Source of the DNA: Mesotaenium endlicherianum
Taxonomy: Eukaryota
Direction: 5' to 3'
Length of the DNA stretch: 64,000 nucleotides
Assembly: GCA_009602735.1 (NCBI GenBank)
Contig: WELA01003365.1
Location: 62,001 to 126,000, forward strand
Part shown: one piece after another, positions 24,481 to 36,989 of the stretch
Position numbering within the stretch: position 1 is the stretch's first letter
Layout of the letters: the number at the start of each line of letters is the position of its first letter
Notes under the pieces: model-generated
What the model was told of the DNA's origin: nothing
The model's input: the letters and a program-made list of their open reading frames with translations, nothing else
Databases searched by the model: none
Position numbers and translations under genes: made by a program

Positions 24481-25229
24481 ACGTTTGTCTAAAGAGGCAC
24501 TTGATGCATAATATTTAAATAGAGAGTAGCCGCATACAAACACTACAGTGAATGCCATCACACTACTATTACAACAATGAGCGTGTCAAGGTGCCAGTTA
24601 TGTCCATGAATATGCCCATGTTACAATCACAAATCTCATTGTTTATTTTGCTTCACTCGAAGAGTTATTCGTACTGAATGTATTCTTTTAGCGCCCCGGA
24701 AAGGTGCTGTAATAGAACGTGTAGGAGCATATCAATACTTATTTCCCAACATATTGGGACGTGTTTGTATGATACTCTACACAGACAACTTGCATTAAGA
24801 TTCTGTGAAACCAAAATCTTACTAAATGACACTTTGTACAGGACGGAATGCAAACCAGAATAACAGAGGCTGCCCATGCCCATCGCCTAACTGTGAATAG
24901 ACTTGAAGCTGCATCTGCCAAAATGTGCCCATATGTACATGCGTACAGTAAATAGCAGCCTCCAATCCTACTAGTCAGGCAACATGGTCTCCTTCCCACA
25001 TGGCATACCCCCAGTAGGCACCAAAAAGAGCCACCAGATGGGCAGCGTGCGTCAGCTTTGCAAGCATGAGCGCTGGCTGGACAGACCAGGGCGCAAAAGT
25101 TGTACATGCCACATAGCACACAAACAAACAGCACCCAGGTGAACCTATATTAAATTTTGTGAAACACACATTTGCATGGTCTCACATATTCACACATCGT
25201 CACACGCAATAACATTCATACTCACACTG

Positions 25230-25275
25230 AGCACACACATATCACACGCACACACAGAAACACACTCGCAAAAAC

Positions 25276-25310
<35 letters not shown>

Positions 25311-25330
25311 CAACACAAGATAAACCAACT

Positions 25331-25388
<58 letters not shown>

Positions 25389-25465
25389 ACAGACACACAC
25401 ACGCACATATACGCATATAATGACCCACAGACACACAAACACACCAACGCACACACACACACGCA
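25230..25465. repeat. (CA)n compound microsatellite
   Basis: Long CA runs visible directly. Confidence 0.95.
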
Positions 25466-25534
25466 CTAACGAACATACGGAAGGAACAGCAACATACCTT
25501 TAAATACAACCACTTAAGGCAATGGGATGTTGCG

Positions 25535-25993
25535 TCAAAAGGCAGCATTATGTATATAACCCACCAAGAGCCAATACAACATATTGCCATCCTTATCATC
25601 CAACAGGTTATTATACTGCTCCATCAACGCACGGTACATCTCTACTTTGGTGCACTGAACCCCGTAGTCGTCATCCACAGCATTTCTGCAAGACACTATG
25701 ACACGTAGGAAAGATTGATCCGCATGGCTAATGCAAGTGATTGTTTTGAGTAACTGTCTCTTTCTGTTTAAATCGGCCTCAAGCTTGCTGCATATAAGTG
25801 ATAAGCCCCGCGTCTTCTCTATTTCACGTTCAACGAATTGCATTGAAGTTTTAGTCACTGCTCTAGCCCTAATCATGAAACGGACCAAAACTCGACGTGC
25901 ATATCTAGTGTCTCCTGCCCTTTGGAAATGAATGCGGAATCTACAACGGCGTCCCCGAGGGCGAACCCTAACACAGACCCTAGAACGGGCCAT
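25535..25993 (-). CDS. Orphan protein C2 (about 152 aa), paralog of C1
   Basis: Open frame MARSRVCVRV...GDTRYARRVLVRF...LNRKRQLL...DQSFLRVIVSCRNAV...LMEQYNNLL...NMLYWLL. Confidence 0.6.
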   Translation of the reverse strand: MARSRVCVRVRPRGRRCRFRIHFQRAGDTRYARRVLVRFMIRARAVTKTSMQFVEREIEKTRGLSLICSKLEADLNRKRQLLKTITCISHADQSFLRVIVSCRNAVDDDYGVQCTKVEMYRALMEQYNNLLDDKDGNMLYWLLVGYIHNAAF

Positions 25994-26658
25994 TGCTGTC
26001 AAAGGGCGTTGTAGGAGGAAGAGGCAAGGCAGGGAAAACGAAAGATATGTATATACCTGAATTTGTTAGGGAAGGCTCAGGAATGCTTCTAAAAGCCACG
26101 GCAAAAACAAACAGGGCATGCAGCAGCATGCAGTAATGGTAAACCATGGTAAGGTAACATATCATAGGGAACCATAAGGAACAATAGCTTTCAAAGTTGT
26201 TCCATGTGGACCATGCAATTTCGTGCTGTATATTGACACCAAATGAGAGTGATCGACAGCATGACAAGGTTGTTCGACAACGCTGCATGAACAGGAACGT
26301 TGCAACACGCTGCAAGGTGCGACAAGGTCAGGCGAGACGTCGTTAAAAAATGAAATGGATGCGATCAAATAATGACACTTCCGGAGGATGACGTACGGAC
26401 AACGCACGTGTAACCGGCAGTAACATGGAGTCAAAGGGAATGCTTAGCACGCGTACGTACCAGGAACTCTGTTACTTGTTGGCCGGGTTGTACTGTCAAT
26501 GGTACATACATAGGCACGTTTCGTACACACCCGGCAAATTGATGGTGATACACATGTATTTGTCGTTATACTTTCGAAACCTGTTATACTTCTGCCATAA
26601 AATCTCATCCCAAGACGCCTTCTCACCCAGAAGGGTTGGTTAAGTCAGGGACAAATGT

Positions 26659-28322
26659 ATGGCTTCCACAAGGACCTCGTTTTTCTAATCTCCAAGAAGA
26701 CATGGTACATCGTTTACTTTGCCTGTCGTTTCCTCCATTGCGCAGCATGTGGGATGAATACATATTCGCGGATGAGTTAGGGGCTCTGAAGCTGAGCCTG
26801 GTGTGCAAACACTGGTGGAAACTTGTGTGGTCCACATTCACTCACAGAGAGTTAGTCATACACAGATACACAAAGGCCCGTGAGGCCGTGTCAATGCTTC
26901 ATACAAATATTTCCCAAGTCACACTGAGTTTAGAGCAAAAAGAACCCAGTATGACATCCATTCTGAACTCTCTTGCAAAAGGCTTCCCCCACGCGTGTAA
27001 ACCTTCAGGTGTGCGGGGGAATTGAGGTGCTTCAATGCGCTTCCAGGTTTTTGTCCTCAAAGAAAAACCTTGTACATGTGTACCTCACAATAAGAACCTC
27101 GCCCTATGCACATTCATGTCACGACACACGCAGCACAAGCAAGCAAATAGAGGATATTCTAGAGGACATTGATTTCAGCTCTCAAAAATCACTCAAAAGG
27201 ATTACGTGGGACTGTCGTAATATAGAACTTAATCCAATAGGGTATCAGGGCCCCACAATGCCAATCAACACATCTTTTGGGACACTCAAGGCACTAGAGG
27301 ACCTCCTGATTTTCACAAACACAATGCAGGTCCCCTTACCTTCTTGGCTAGGCAGGTGCAGAGCTTTCAAGGTCTTCAAGGTGAGCCCTGGGATGGTCGT
27401 GACGGACGAGGTGGCAGAGTTTTTAAGCAAGATGACCACTTTGGAGGAGCTAGAGATACCTGGTTTGCAGGTATGTATTTGCAGCCTACCCACTGCCTAC
27501 TAGAAATGATGAGAGCACACCTCATTCAGCGTCTCATGTGAGAGGCCATGGGGTCAGGTTGTAATAAGTGTGGTTGCTGAACATGTGTGACAGTTCGAGG
27601 ATGGCTCCAACAAGCACTTGGCCATAATTGGCAGAATGAGCAGCCTTACATCTCTCGACGTAGGCCGGGTGGACCCAGCAAGGTGCTCACTGGGTCCCCC
27701 TTTCATAGCCCCTGTCGAGGCAGTGCCTACGGGTGCCAGTGCCACCCTCCAGACGCTTGTGATGGGGGGAGCATTGTCCCAGGTAGATGGGCCCATGCCC
27801 TGCCTGAAGCGTTTGGACATCGTTACAACAAGAGCAGCGAGGGCGGACATGTTCAATCATATGCGTAACCTGCAGGTGCTAGACATGACAATGGAGCCAT
27901 GTATCACGTTGTCCAACCTTCGCTTTCTCACGAGGCTGACTACTCTGGCATTGGGTTAGCGAGTAGATGATCCTGCTGAGTGGGAAGACATGATGCCAGC
28001 CACGCCTGCGTGGCACTTCGACAAAGCACCAGCGAGCCTGCTGGTTTTAAAATTGCACACATGTGAGTTGATATCGCAAGTGGACGGGCTGTTGCATATG
28101 CAGAACGACGTCACTGTGCGCATTTGGTGTACTTGCATAGAGCGCTACATTCCGCTTCCTAGTCACGAGGACTACGGAAGTACATTCCGCTTCCTAGTCA
28201 CGAGGACTACGGGAGTAGGGGTCGATGTCGAAGGCTCCACCAAAGAGATGCACTCTTGCTTTTCAGGGTTTAAATTGTACCGCATCTGGGTGCTTTCAGA
28301 CATGCAGCCAGTAAAAGAATAA
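26659..28322 (+). pseudogene. F-box/LRR pseudogene homologous to 51339-52820
   Basis: F-box-like SNLQEDMVHRLL...LSLVCKHWWKLV and LRR-type LxxLxL repeats. Frameshifts near 26682 and 26990, stops near 27588 and 27957, a 35-bp duplication (28146/28181), probable intron 27471-27557. Confidence 0.8.
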
Positions 28323-29980
28323 AGCAGGAGGACAAAGGTTAGGTGTTAGTAGAGTATGACAGTTGTAGAATACTACAAATGTGGTAGACATGAGATGCAG
28401 GGCCTCCTAAAATGTTATGAGAGAATTTTGTAATTCATGTAAAAGATCATTGCAATACCTAGCTGTTGCCGTAATGAGTTAAATACAGCATTTTACCCTG
28501 TTCATTGCAGCTGTGTGCAGCAAGTTCAAAATGCGGTGTTTTTGGTAATAACACTCTACCCAAGGTGCAACAGAAGGCCAATTGTTAGCCAATAATATCC
28601 AACTTATGAATACTAGAGGGTAAATTACACACACATAACAACAATCTCCCGCGTTATCCTTCTCGAACCAAATTTAGACATAAAGAATCCGGCTGCCAAG
28701 AGGTGTGGAACCTGTACAGTGAAACACGCAACAGGTCCTACACCTTTGATGTATATGTTTTATTTTTGTCTGCACGTTAGATGGAGTCGTAACAACATAC
28801 AGCACATCACAACTTTGTCAAGGGATGGTTTCCAGCTCACGACAACAGAAGCTATTCTCCCTCAATCTATGAACTCGTACATTTACCCATGAATGTCTTT
28901 GATTGATAAATCTTCCGAGGCCAAAGCATAAGTTTCCACAAAGAAGTACTCAGCAACCATCGCTGGTTCACAATGGAAATAGTATTGACAAAAGTATAAG
29001 ATGCACTTCAAGCTCTTTAAGACGATTGCAATGAACATATGAGAAAAATATAAGTATGTCAGGAATACAAATATTTGATGCATCTCATGAGCGATCTTCA
29101 ATTTAATTCAAATATATGCACAACACACTTCTAATGCATTTGCGAACACATGTACAAAGGTTCCTTTGGCGGAGCCCTACATCCACACACGGTTGTGGGG
29201 AAATTTTTTAGCAATTGAGCAGAAGGGGATTATCAGAAATGAAAACCAAATTTTAGTGGGGTTACTAAATTAATGAACGATAAAGCTATTGATGCTTGCT
29301 ATGCAAGAGCACCACACCCATGGCCGCAAAGCAGTCGACTTAGATCAGCCAACTCTGAATAGATTATGTGGGTCTTATGTGAGGCACTCATGGACAATCA
29401 ATCACCAAGCTTGTGCCAATTGCCAGCTCATGGACCTGCACATGAGACAATAAGATAACAAGGCAAGGGTGGAGTTAAGCACATCCAAATATGAGTGAAT
29501 CTGAAGTGGCCTAGTAGGCAATTAATGAGCACATGAATACTGTGATAAGAGGCTCGATTACAAAACAGCTCACGCCAGAGGAGCACTACAGGTCATTACC
29601 AGGGCAGGCGGCCACTAGAGAGGAGTCAATTTGCCCAACAGGTCTCTTCTATATGAACAAAGTATGAGTTGCGAGAACCGCATGAGTTTGGAAAGTGAGT
29701 AGAGGAAAGGCAACCCTGGAGCCCTCCGTCGGTGACACCTAAAGTCATAGAAAAACACACAGTGCTGATCACAGAGGTCAGTGATGAAGAAAGGTGGAAT
29801 GAGCAAAAAACGCTCAAGGCACAAGAGTGTCAAAAAGAGACACCTTAATTGTACTCAACAGAAAACACGTCAGAAGGCACAATGGCAACAACACAGGATA
29901 CATAACCAAATGTGCATTTGAAAACAAACACATCACAAAAAAAAATGTCTGATTAAAAAAAAACCAGGACAAAGAGTACC

Positions 29981-32900
29981 TCAATGGATGTCTTCACCAG
30001 CTGTTCTGGAGATGGGAAATAGAGATAGCGGACAGCGGCGTATGTGCGCATGCGTGGGCCACCCAGGACGGTGCACATTAAGCAAGAAGAACGGGGTTTT
30101 GCTCATGTCGTGCCATGGCTGTGGTTTAGGTTCCGCCATACACGCTACATCGTCATGGCAGGAAGATATAGGTCTGTCGTGCTGCTTGCAGAAACGATAC
30201 ATCCCACAAGCTGGTTGGAAAAGATTTCCACTATCACGGTTGTATCCCATTGACTCCGAGATCCAACAGCATTGTACAACGTGCGCTGTCTGCAGCACCA
30301 GAGACAGAGGGACTAGGCACCTCTTTGGTTGCGGGCGTAGAAGAGGACACCTGGTCCACTCCTTGTCCACAGCCACACTTGTGGAACCCTCAACATAACA
30401 TAGATCAAAGATCTCTACTAAAGCCCACATGGTGTGGACCCAGCGGACACAGAAGCACGGTGTACAACCTCGTTCCCCTGGTGAATGAAAAGGTGTTCAT
30501 TCTTCCTATCCAGCATCTCCTCTGGTCTGCAGGTTTTTGGAGCTAGGAATGATCCACACAGACACAACATAGTCCCCAAGGCGAAAACGTCCGCCCGGGC
30601 CCTTGCTGGCTGTCTTGCACTCAAAGCAAAATTTAAACTCATCCAGACCGTCCCAGACGACGCTATAGGAGGACCGGTAGGCGGAGAGCAATTGCAAAGG
30701 GGTGACTCCCATGGTGGAGATGAGAACTCTACTCTTGTCTGTCCACCTGGTTACACAGCAGACAACAGCAATAAATGCACAGCCACTACACTTTCTGTGC
30801 AATATAGAAAGGGGACAGGTATGTGAAGGTGTGGTTGGAGTTTTAGGGGGGGGACCAAATGTGCTGAAATATTGAAAGACTGCAAGTGAAGGCGAGAGCA
30901 TATACCCCTTTGGCGCAGCTCCCACACAGAACTTGAACTGGTGGCCGTAGCGGGTCTCATGAGAGTAAATAGCCGCGGCTATCCCCTGACGTTTCAGGCA
31001 CCTGACACCATCAACTACTTCTCAGCCAAATAAGAAATGATTAGTGGATCAACCCTAAATTCCGCTATGGTCATCTCATTCATTCCAAGGTACCTAGCTA
31101 TAGCCGGGTTGAAACTTGCCAAAAAGCTCTTGTAATTTTCTACCGCGATACTCTTGAAGAGAGCCCACTTGTCAATCTCTTTCACACCCTGATTTCCAAT
31201 TCTCTTAATGAGAGCCTTCACATACTTGTGCTGGCCCTCAAACTCTTGAGCCCAAAAGTGCCTCAACGGGCTTAGTATTAGAAGCCATCGGCATACATGA
31301 AACAGAGCGTGCAAGTTGTTTGTCTCAGAGTTCCCTCCCTTGTCATTTCTAGGCCACGCGTCCCTGAAATCCTCCGCAAAGCCATCAACTAACTTGGTCA
31401 CCCGTGCCGAATGCTCTTCACTAGTTTCCAAGTCTAGTATGGCCTCTACTAAGCAAGCACAACAAATCCAGAGGTTGTACGTGACCTTACGTCTGAGTAA
31501 AATGTCCCATCAATGGTTCCCCCACATGGTGGCAGGATCACAGTGGGGCTGCAGGATGAAAGGCATGATGGTAAGGAGGCGTAGGACCTCATTGCATTGA
31601 GGGTCTTCCAATTGGTAGCAGGTTTGTTGACACTGCTCAAGCCTTCACAGTACACGAGGCTGTCTGCCCTGTTGTTGATGTCCAGGAGCTTATCCTTTGT
31701 GAACCCATTGCGCCCAAAGGTAAAGTCAAGAAGATTCTTGACAATGCCCAGAGCCAACACATGAAGCATATCCAGGCACATCTGCTTGTAGCGGTCCCAG
31801 CACCTGAGCTTTTGAAAAGGAATTTTGGAGCCATTGTAACCTAGTTTACCCTTCTTCCGCCATGTGGCCTGGACAAATTCACTGTTAAGACCCTCTACTT
31901 CTTTTGCCCACTCACTAGCAGCTTCTTCAGAACGCATGGGGTAGACCTTGTAGGGTTCAGACAAATTGCCTTTATGAAGGGTGTAGTCAGGGCACGGCCA
32001 TTCAGTGTTAAACGGCTTCTGACCCAAAGACTTCAAACGCTGTGGGAGATCTTAAACAAACACAGGCTTCACACGGACAAGGACCTCCTTTCCAAGCTCG
32101 TGGAAGAACATTAGCACACCCTCCTCAAGGGGTTTGAGGTCTATTTCTACAAGTTTCTCAAGAGCGTGAAGCTGGGAGACAGCACCAGGAATGTACATGA
32201 GCTCATGTACAAACTTACTTTTTTGAATGTGGGATGGGTCTATGTTTTGCAGACGCCAGTAAACACCTCCAAGAGGAACGTGTTTTGTGCGATAGGCACC
32301 GAAGTCGTCTATGAATATAGACACTACAAAGTTGATGACCTCTAAATTGTGCGGAGTGTTTATTGGAGACGTGCATGGCACGTAAACTAAGGCCCGAGTA
32401 GGTAAAGGGCAGAGGCCACCTTGCACATCTATCCCATGAGAGCAGAAGAAAGTGAGAGAACCGTTGACTGTGTATCCTCCAGACGCAAAATCTACTTGCC
32501 AATCCCCTGGAACATGCCAGCCTATGTCCACTGCAACCACTTCACAGAGGGACAGAACTGACCGAGAGTCTACCCAAGCAGAGGTGGATGAATAAAAGGC
32601 TTCTCCAAGTTGACCAAGCCTAAAATCATTTGTACTAAACCTCTTGAACAGGGACAGTTGCAATATCGGGCGTCGAGTGTCCCTGTTGGTACTGTCGGTC
32701 CATAGAATACTACGTACTCTCTCCACATGCACACGCGCACAGGTCAGATGCTGTTCACCTGCACAAGAACGTGAACACAGAGAAACCATAGCTTAGAAGG
32801 GTGGCAATATAGGAAAGAAAGCACGAGACAGCATGCAGAAAAGGGATAAGAGGGGGCTTGCAAGTGGGACAAAGATAAGGCCAGGCCCTTAGGGAAGAAC

Positions 32901-33765
32901 AATTGGGAGCACATGATACCACAAGAGGGGCAACAGACAATACCTTCCATGACCTCGCCAGAGTAGGCAACATAGTGCCCGAGTTGCACAGTGACTTCCA
33001 CATTGGCCCGGTGAGGAAGGTGGCGTTGTACTCCTTGAAGAATGGGTCCCCTGTGACAAAGGGAGCATTGTAGACTGCAATGATTGTACCACCAAGTGCA
33101 AGCTCAGGCTTGAAGTGGACATATGGAGTGTAATTAGGGTCTGAGAACACGTTCCTCAAGGTGCCCGTCATGTCACGGTATCGCAGAGGATGCCCATTTG
33201 GCATGACATACTCTCTGACTCCAAGCTTCCCAAGCTCTCCCTTCAGGGTGACACCTCTGTGGGTAGTAATTTTGACCCAGTGCTTCCTTTTTGTGTTAGG
33301 ATGGAGGTTGAGGTCTCGGTGGAACTCTAGGGATTTAGTGGTTGCGTCCGGTGAAACCAGGATGGTGTGGGAAAAATTTGCAGCAAAGGTGAAAATGTGG
33401 AGTAATCCGTATGGATTCAGTCCGTCTGACCCTACCGTGGTGTCAGAGAACTCTTCTCGGCCATCATTGTGCGCATGCAAGCCAAGACAAGTTTCAAAGA
33501 AGCTTCCATCACTAGGCTGGGATGGAGAAGAGGACGCATGACCATCACTAATAATACTACAACGAGGGTGTACCGTATCACTATAGGTAGGGGAGTGCAG
33601 GGAGGTGAGATGGGGGGGAGATAATGTGGAGCCTGCATTGTTACGAGGGCGAGTAGCTCGGGAGTCTCCAAGGTGTGAATCAGGCCCCGGGCTCCTAGGA
33701 CGTTTAGAACACGGGGAGGTGTAATATTCCCGATCTGCGATGGAAGAAAGCCAAGAAAATCAAGA
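29981..33765 (-). pseudogene. CMC (CACTA/EnSpm-like) DDE transposase with an internal BAH-like domain, decayed
   Basis: Ordered motifs SIFIDDFG...LGGVY (D1), *DLPQ (D2), CPDY (degenerate C(2)C), DMLHVLALGIVK ([M/L]H), LHALFH (H(3)H), SPLRHFWAQEFEGQH (E), and C-terminal CPLL...AHVVQCC...HD...FLLN. In-phase intron 32759-32943; multiple stops and frameshifts. Confidence 0.85.
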
Positions 33766-34385
33766 CACGGTGAGGTCTTGGAAAATGAGGTGAGGCACTT
33801 GAGAGAAACAATCAAAATATTGGAAGCAAGTGTATCAGCCCAAATACGTACCTAGAAGGAAGCCGGCAGGGGGTGCACTTGACGCTGGTCCCAAAGGGCA
33901 TCTGCTTTCCAGGGTTTGAAATGATGGGAATTGGAGGGAGCCTGCATGTGAACGAAAAGCAAGTATTTTGTGGAGATTTAATACTGAGCACATTGGCAAA
34001 GAGAGGGCGTGGAAAATGAGTGGAATGAAAAGCGTTGCGTATGAGTGCTATTGCATGTGGCATGATAAAAGATGTTCAATAAGGGGGTTCCTCAAAGGAA
34101 CACAGAGCTCAAAAGGGCATCACAGTGAGCCCAGTGGGCAAGATTGGATCCTCATTGCAATATGTAGCATAAGAGGATCAATGCAAGGAGGGAGGTGGAC
34201 GTCACAGACCGTGCACTCTGGTGAAGTGCCTGGAAAGGCTCCTGCGGGCGGTGAAGGTAGCTTCGCAGCCAGGCTGGGCATATCGAATGCGCAGGCGGTG
34301 AACTTGCCAGTTATGATCAATTATTGCTGTCTGGTTGTGACGAGGTGGCACGGTGAAAGTACATTGACCGCCATTTATATGTACG

Positions 34386-36989
34386 CCTAGTTATGGAATA
34401 CGTTTTTGTCCTATACGTATTACGGATACGTACGCACGTATTTCGTCAACTATGACCGTATACCTTGCTAAATACGTGTGTCGGCGTAAAAACCGACCAA
34501 TAAACCGATCGCGCGTGCGGTGGACATGAAATTCACAGAGTCTGACAAAGTGACCGAAAAAAAGGCGATGACAAGTCCAGTCATCGTAGATTACGCGGGA
34601 AGTCTCGGGTGAGGCAAACTCTTGTTCCAGCGCGTACAGGTGTCAAATAAGAACTCATTATGATCGTAGATTTCAAATGCATTGACGTGCCAGATTAGCT
34701 AAACCTTAAACGTTACCCACCAAAGCAACTGGCTACTGCAATGATACACTCAGACTCTCCAAGACTACAACTACGATGCGAAGGCATTCAATGATCTATT
34801 TCTCGCCTCCACAACTGCCATTGTCCAGTTCATTTCAAGTGCTTAGTGTGTGGTGTTAAGTTAGGGCGAATATGGGTGATCCAGAAATCTCTGACTTCGA
34901 TGACTCCATGGACGATGAAGAACAACCAGGGAGGAGGCTTCAAGTGCAAGAGATGCCCGTAACTCCAGATGTAAACGTAAGCTGTACCAAATGTGCTATT
35001 CTTTTTGTTTTCTATGGGAGGTGATTAGGATCTCTTCGACACCAAGTGGGATGATCCAGTGATGCTGTCTGCTTTGTCAGTCTGCCCTGCCTGCTGTCTG
35101 CTTTTCGATTTCAGTGTGGCTGCTAGTTGTTTTGCTGGTAGACCCTACATGTCTGTTTCCATGTGCTTCAGCACTTCTTTTTTGTGGATGTTTACTCCAC
35201 TTCCGTAACCTGCTCTATTGGGTGTTAGTGATTTCGTGCAATACACTATTGTCTGCTATTTTGTCTGCCGTTTTATCTGCTCTAGTGTTAGCTGTTTGCT
35301 CGATTATTATTCTTAGATGTTTTTGCAACTATCCTCTAATGTAATGCTCTATTTTGTGTGCTAATTTTTGCTATTTTTTATATTGCTCTGTATCCGCAAT
35401 TTAGAATGCTTTTTGCAATTAAAGTTCTTGGTTTGGTGTCCTCAGCAAGCTCTTGTGAGAGAAACTGGTCGGAGTATGATTTCGTTCACAATAAGAAAAG
35501 GAATCGGTTGAAACAGTCTCGAGCTGAGAAATTGGTGAAGGTCCACTCTCACCTCAGGCTAATTGGAGGAATGGAAAGGGGTGGGGTCAAGAGAACTCCG
35601 GGCAGGCATATTGCACCTATCTTTGAAGAAGAATCTGAATCTGGGACTCCAGATTCAGAGGATGATGTTGTGTAGGTGGGAGTCGAGATGTTAAGCAGAG
35701 CTCCATGAAGCTTGTACTATGTGTACATATTGTATATAATATTTGATTAAGTATTCTACTTGCCATTTTTTCATTATGTAGTACTTACTCTTTGACAATT
35801 TGTATGCATGGCTTGAAGTTTGGTTACTCAATGAGGTGCTCGCAAACCGTCCATTGTTCTACATTGTAGACCTGTTGTCGCTGAAAGTTTGAAATTCCAA
35901 TGAGATTCTCTTAGCTCATTCATTTACTTGCATAGCTTCATGACATGCACTGCACTTCGCACTTAGCATTATAATCATATGTATTGCTCACCTTGTTAAG
36001 AAACCTGATGTACTTCAATGAATAAGCTACTTCGATGAATTTAATAACTTACTAAGCAAGCTACCGGGCTCCAGCACATTTCATTATCATGGTGGTCCTA
36101 GTCACATTGTCCAGTTGTTAATGACTTATTATGCAGTAGGAGATGCATCATGTAGGGTGTAGCCTATGCTAGTTCAAGGAAGAATAACAGTGTCAAATCT
36201 GAATTGTATATTACGGTGTGCACTCAGATAGGGCTCTTACTAAAATACACTATATGCAAAAGGTTGGAGATGAACATTTGGAACACAAGTTACAAGTAAC
36301 AACATGGTGACAACTTGTACATACAACATCGCTGCGACAACAGCTACGTTAAAATTTAAGTGCAGAAGCCTGAAGTATAATACATGCAAACGATTCAATG
36401 TGGGCATGAAAAGTCAAAAATCAGAAAGATTGCACTAATTTTTTTTAAAGCAATGAAGCACGTGCCATGTAAAGGACATTGACTTGTTACGCACATTATA
36501 TTATATCATTTTTCACGTATAATGGCTGTTTGTATTGGTCTTTCTTAATTTGAGGGGGGTCGGGAGTGGTCGAGAAGCCCCTGTAGAGTGTAGAGTCCAC
36601 AATTCCGTCTATGAGCTGAAGGCTGAAGTTTAGTTTTTGCCACAACCTGCAGCCTGTCAATTAAAAGAGTTACGAATGACTTCAACAGACGAGCGTCGAG
36701 TACGTATTGACTTACTGTCCATCACCGAAAAAGGTCATTGCGTCGGTTGGATGAAATTAAGTCTCTCACTCGCGCGACCCGATCCAGTTGGACAGCCCGT
36801 ACGAGCACAAAATGTCGCGTGAGCCCAAATATTTTTGAAATGAATAAATACGAATAGAGCGGCCTGAAGATAACGAAGTCAGTCTCTTTATTTACCAATT
36901 GTTTGTATTATACGTATTTTTGAAATACGCCGTAATACGTCGCATTTTACGGCGGCGGTCGACCAATACGTGCGTATCCCATAACTAGG
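34386..36989 (+). mobile_element. Internally deleted hAT DNA transposon
   Basis: 17-bp TIRs CCTAGTTATGG(A/G)ATACG, perfect 8-bp TSD TATGTACG (34378-34385, 36990-36997), ATACG-rich subterminal repeats. Confidence 0.95.
35390..35675 (+). pseudogene. hAT transposase C-terminal dimerisation-domain fragment
   Basis: FAIKVLGLVSSASSCERNWSEYDFVHNKKRNRLKQSRAEKLVKVHSHLRL, the typical plant hAT C-terminal signature. Confidence 0.92.

Noticed and set aside
29988..30398. Plus-strand Cys-rich zinc-finger-like ORF
   Set aside because: It is antisense to the transposase C-terminal region, whose motifs read on the minus strand; the Cys spacing fits no finger I recognise.
3300..33800. Endogenous giant-virus or Polinton/Maverick insert
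   Set aside because: No capsid, packaging ATPase, family B polymerase or primase-helicase recognised; genes have spliceosomal introns and the mobility gene is a CMC-type transposase.
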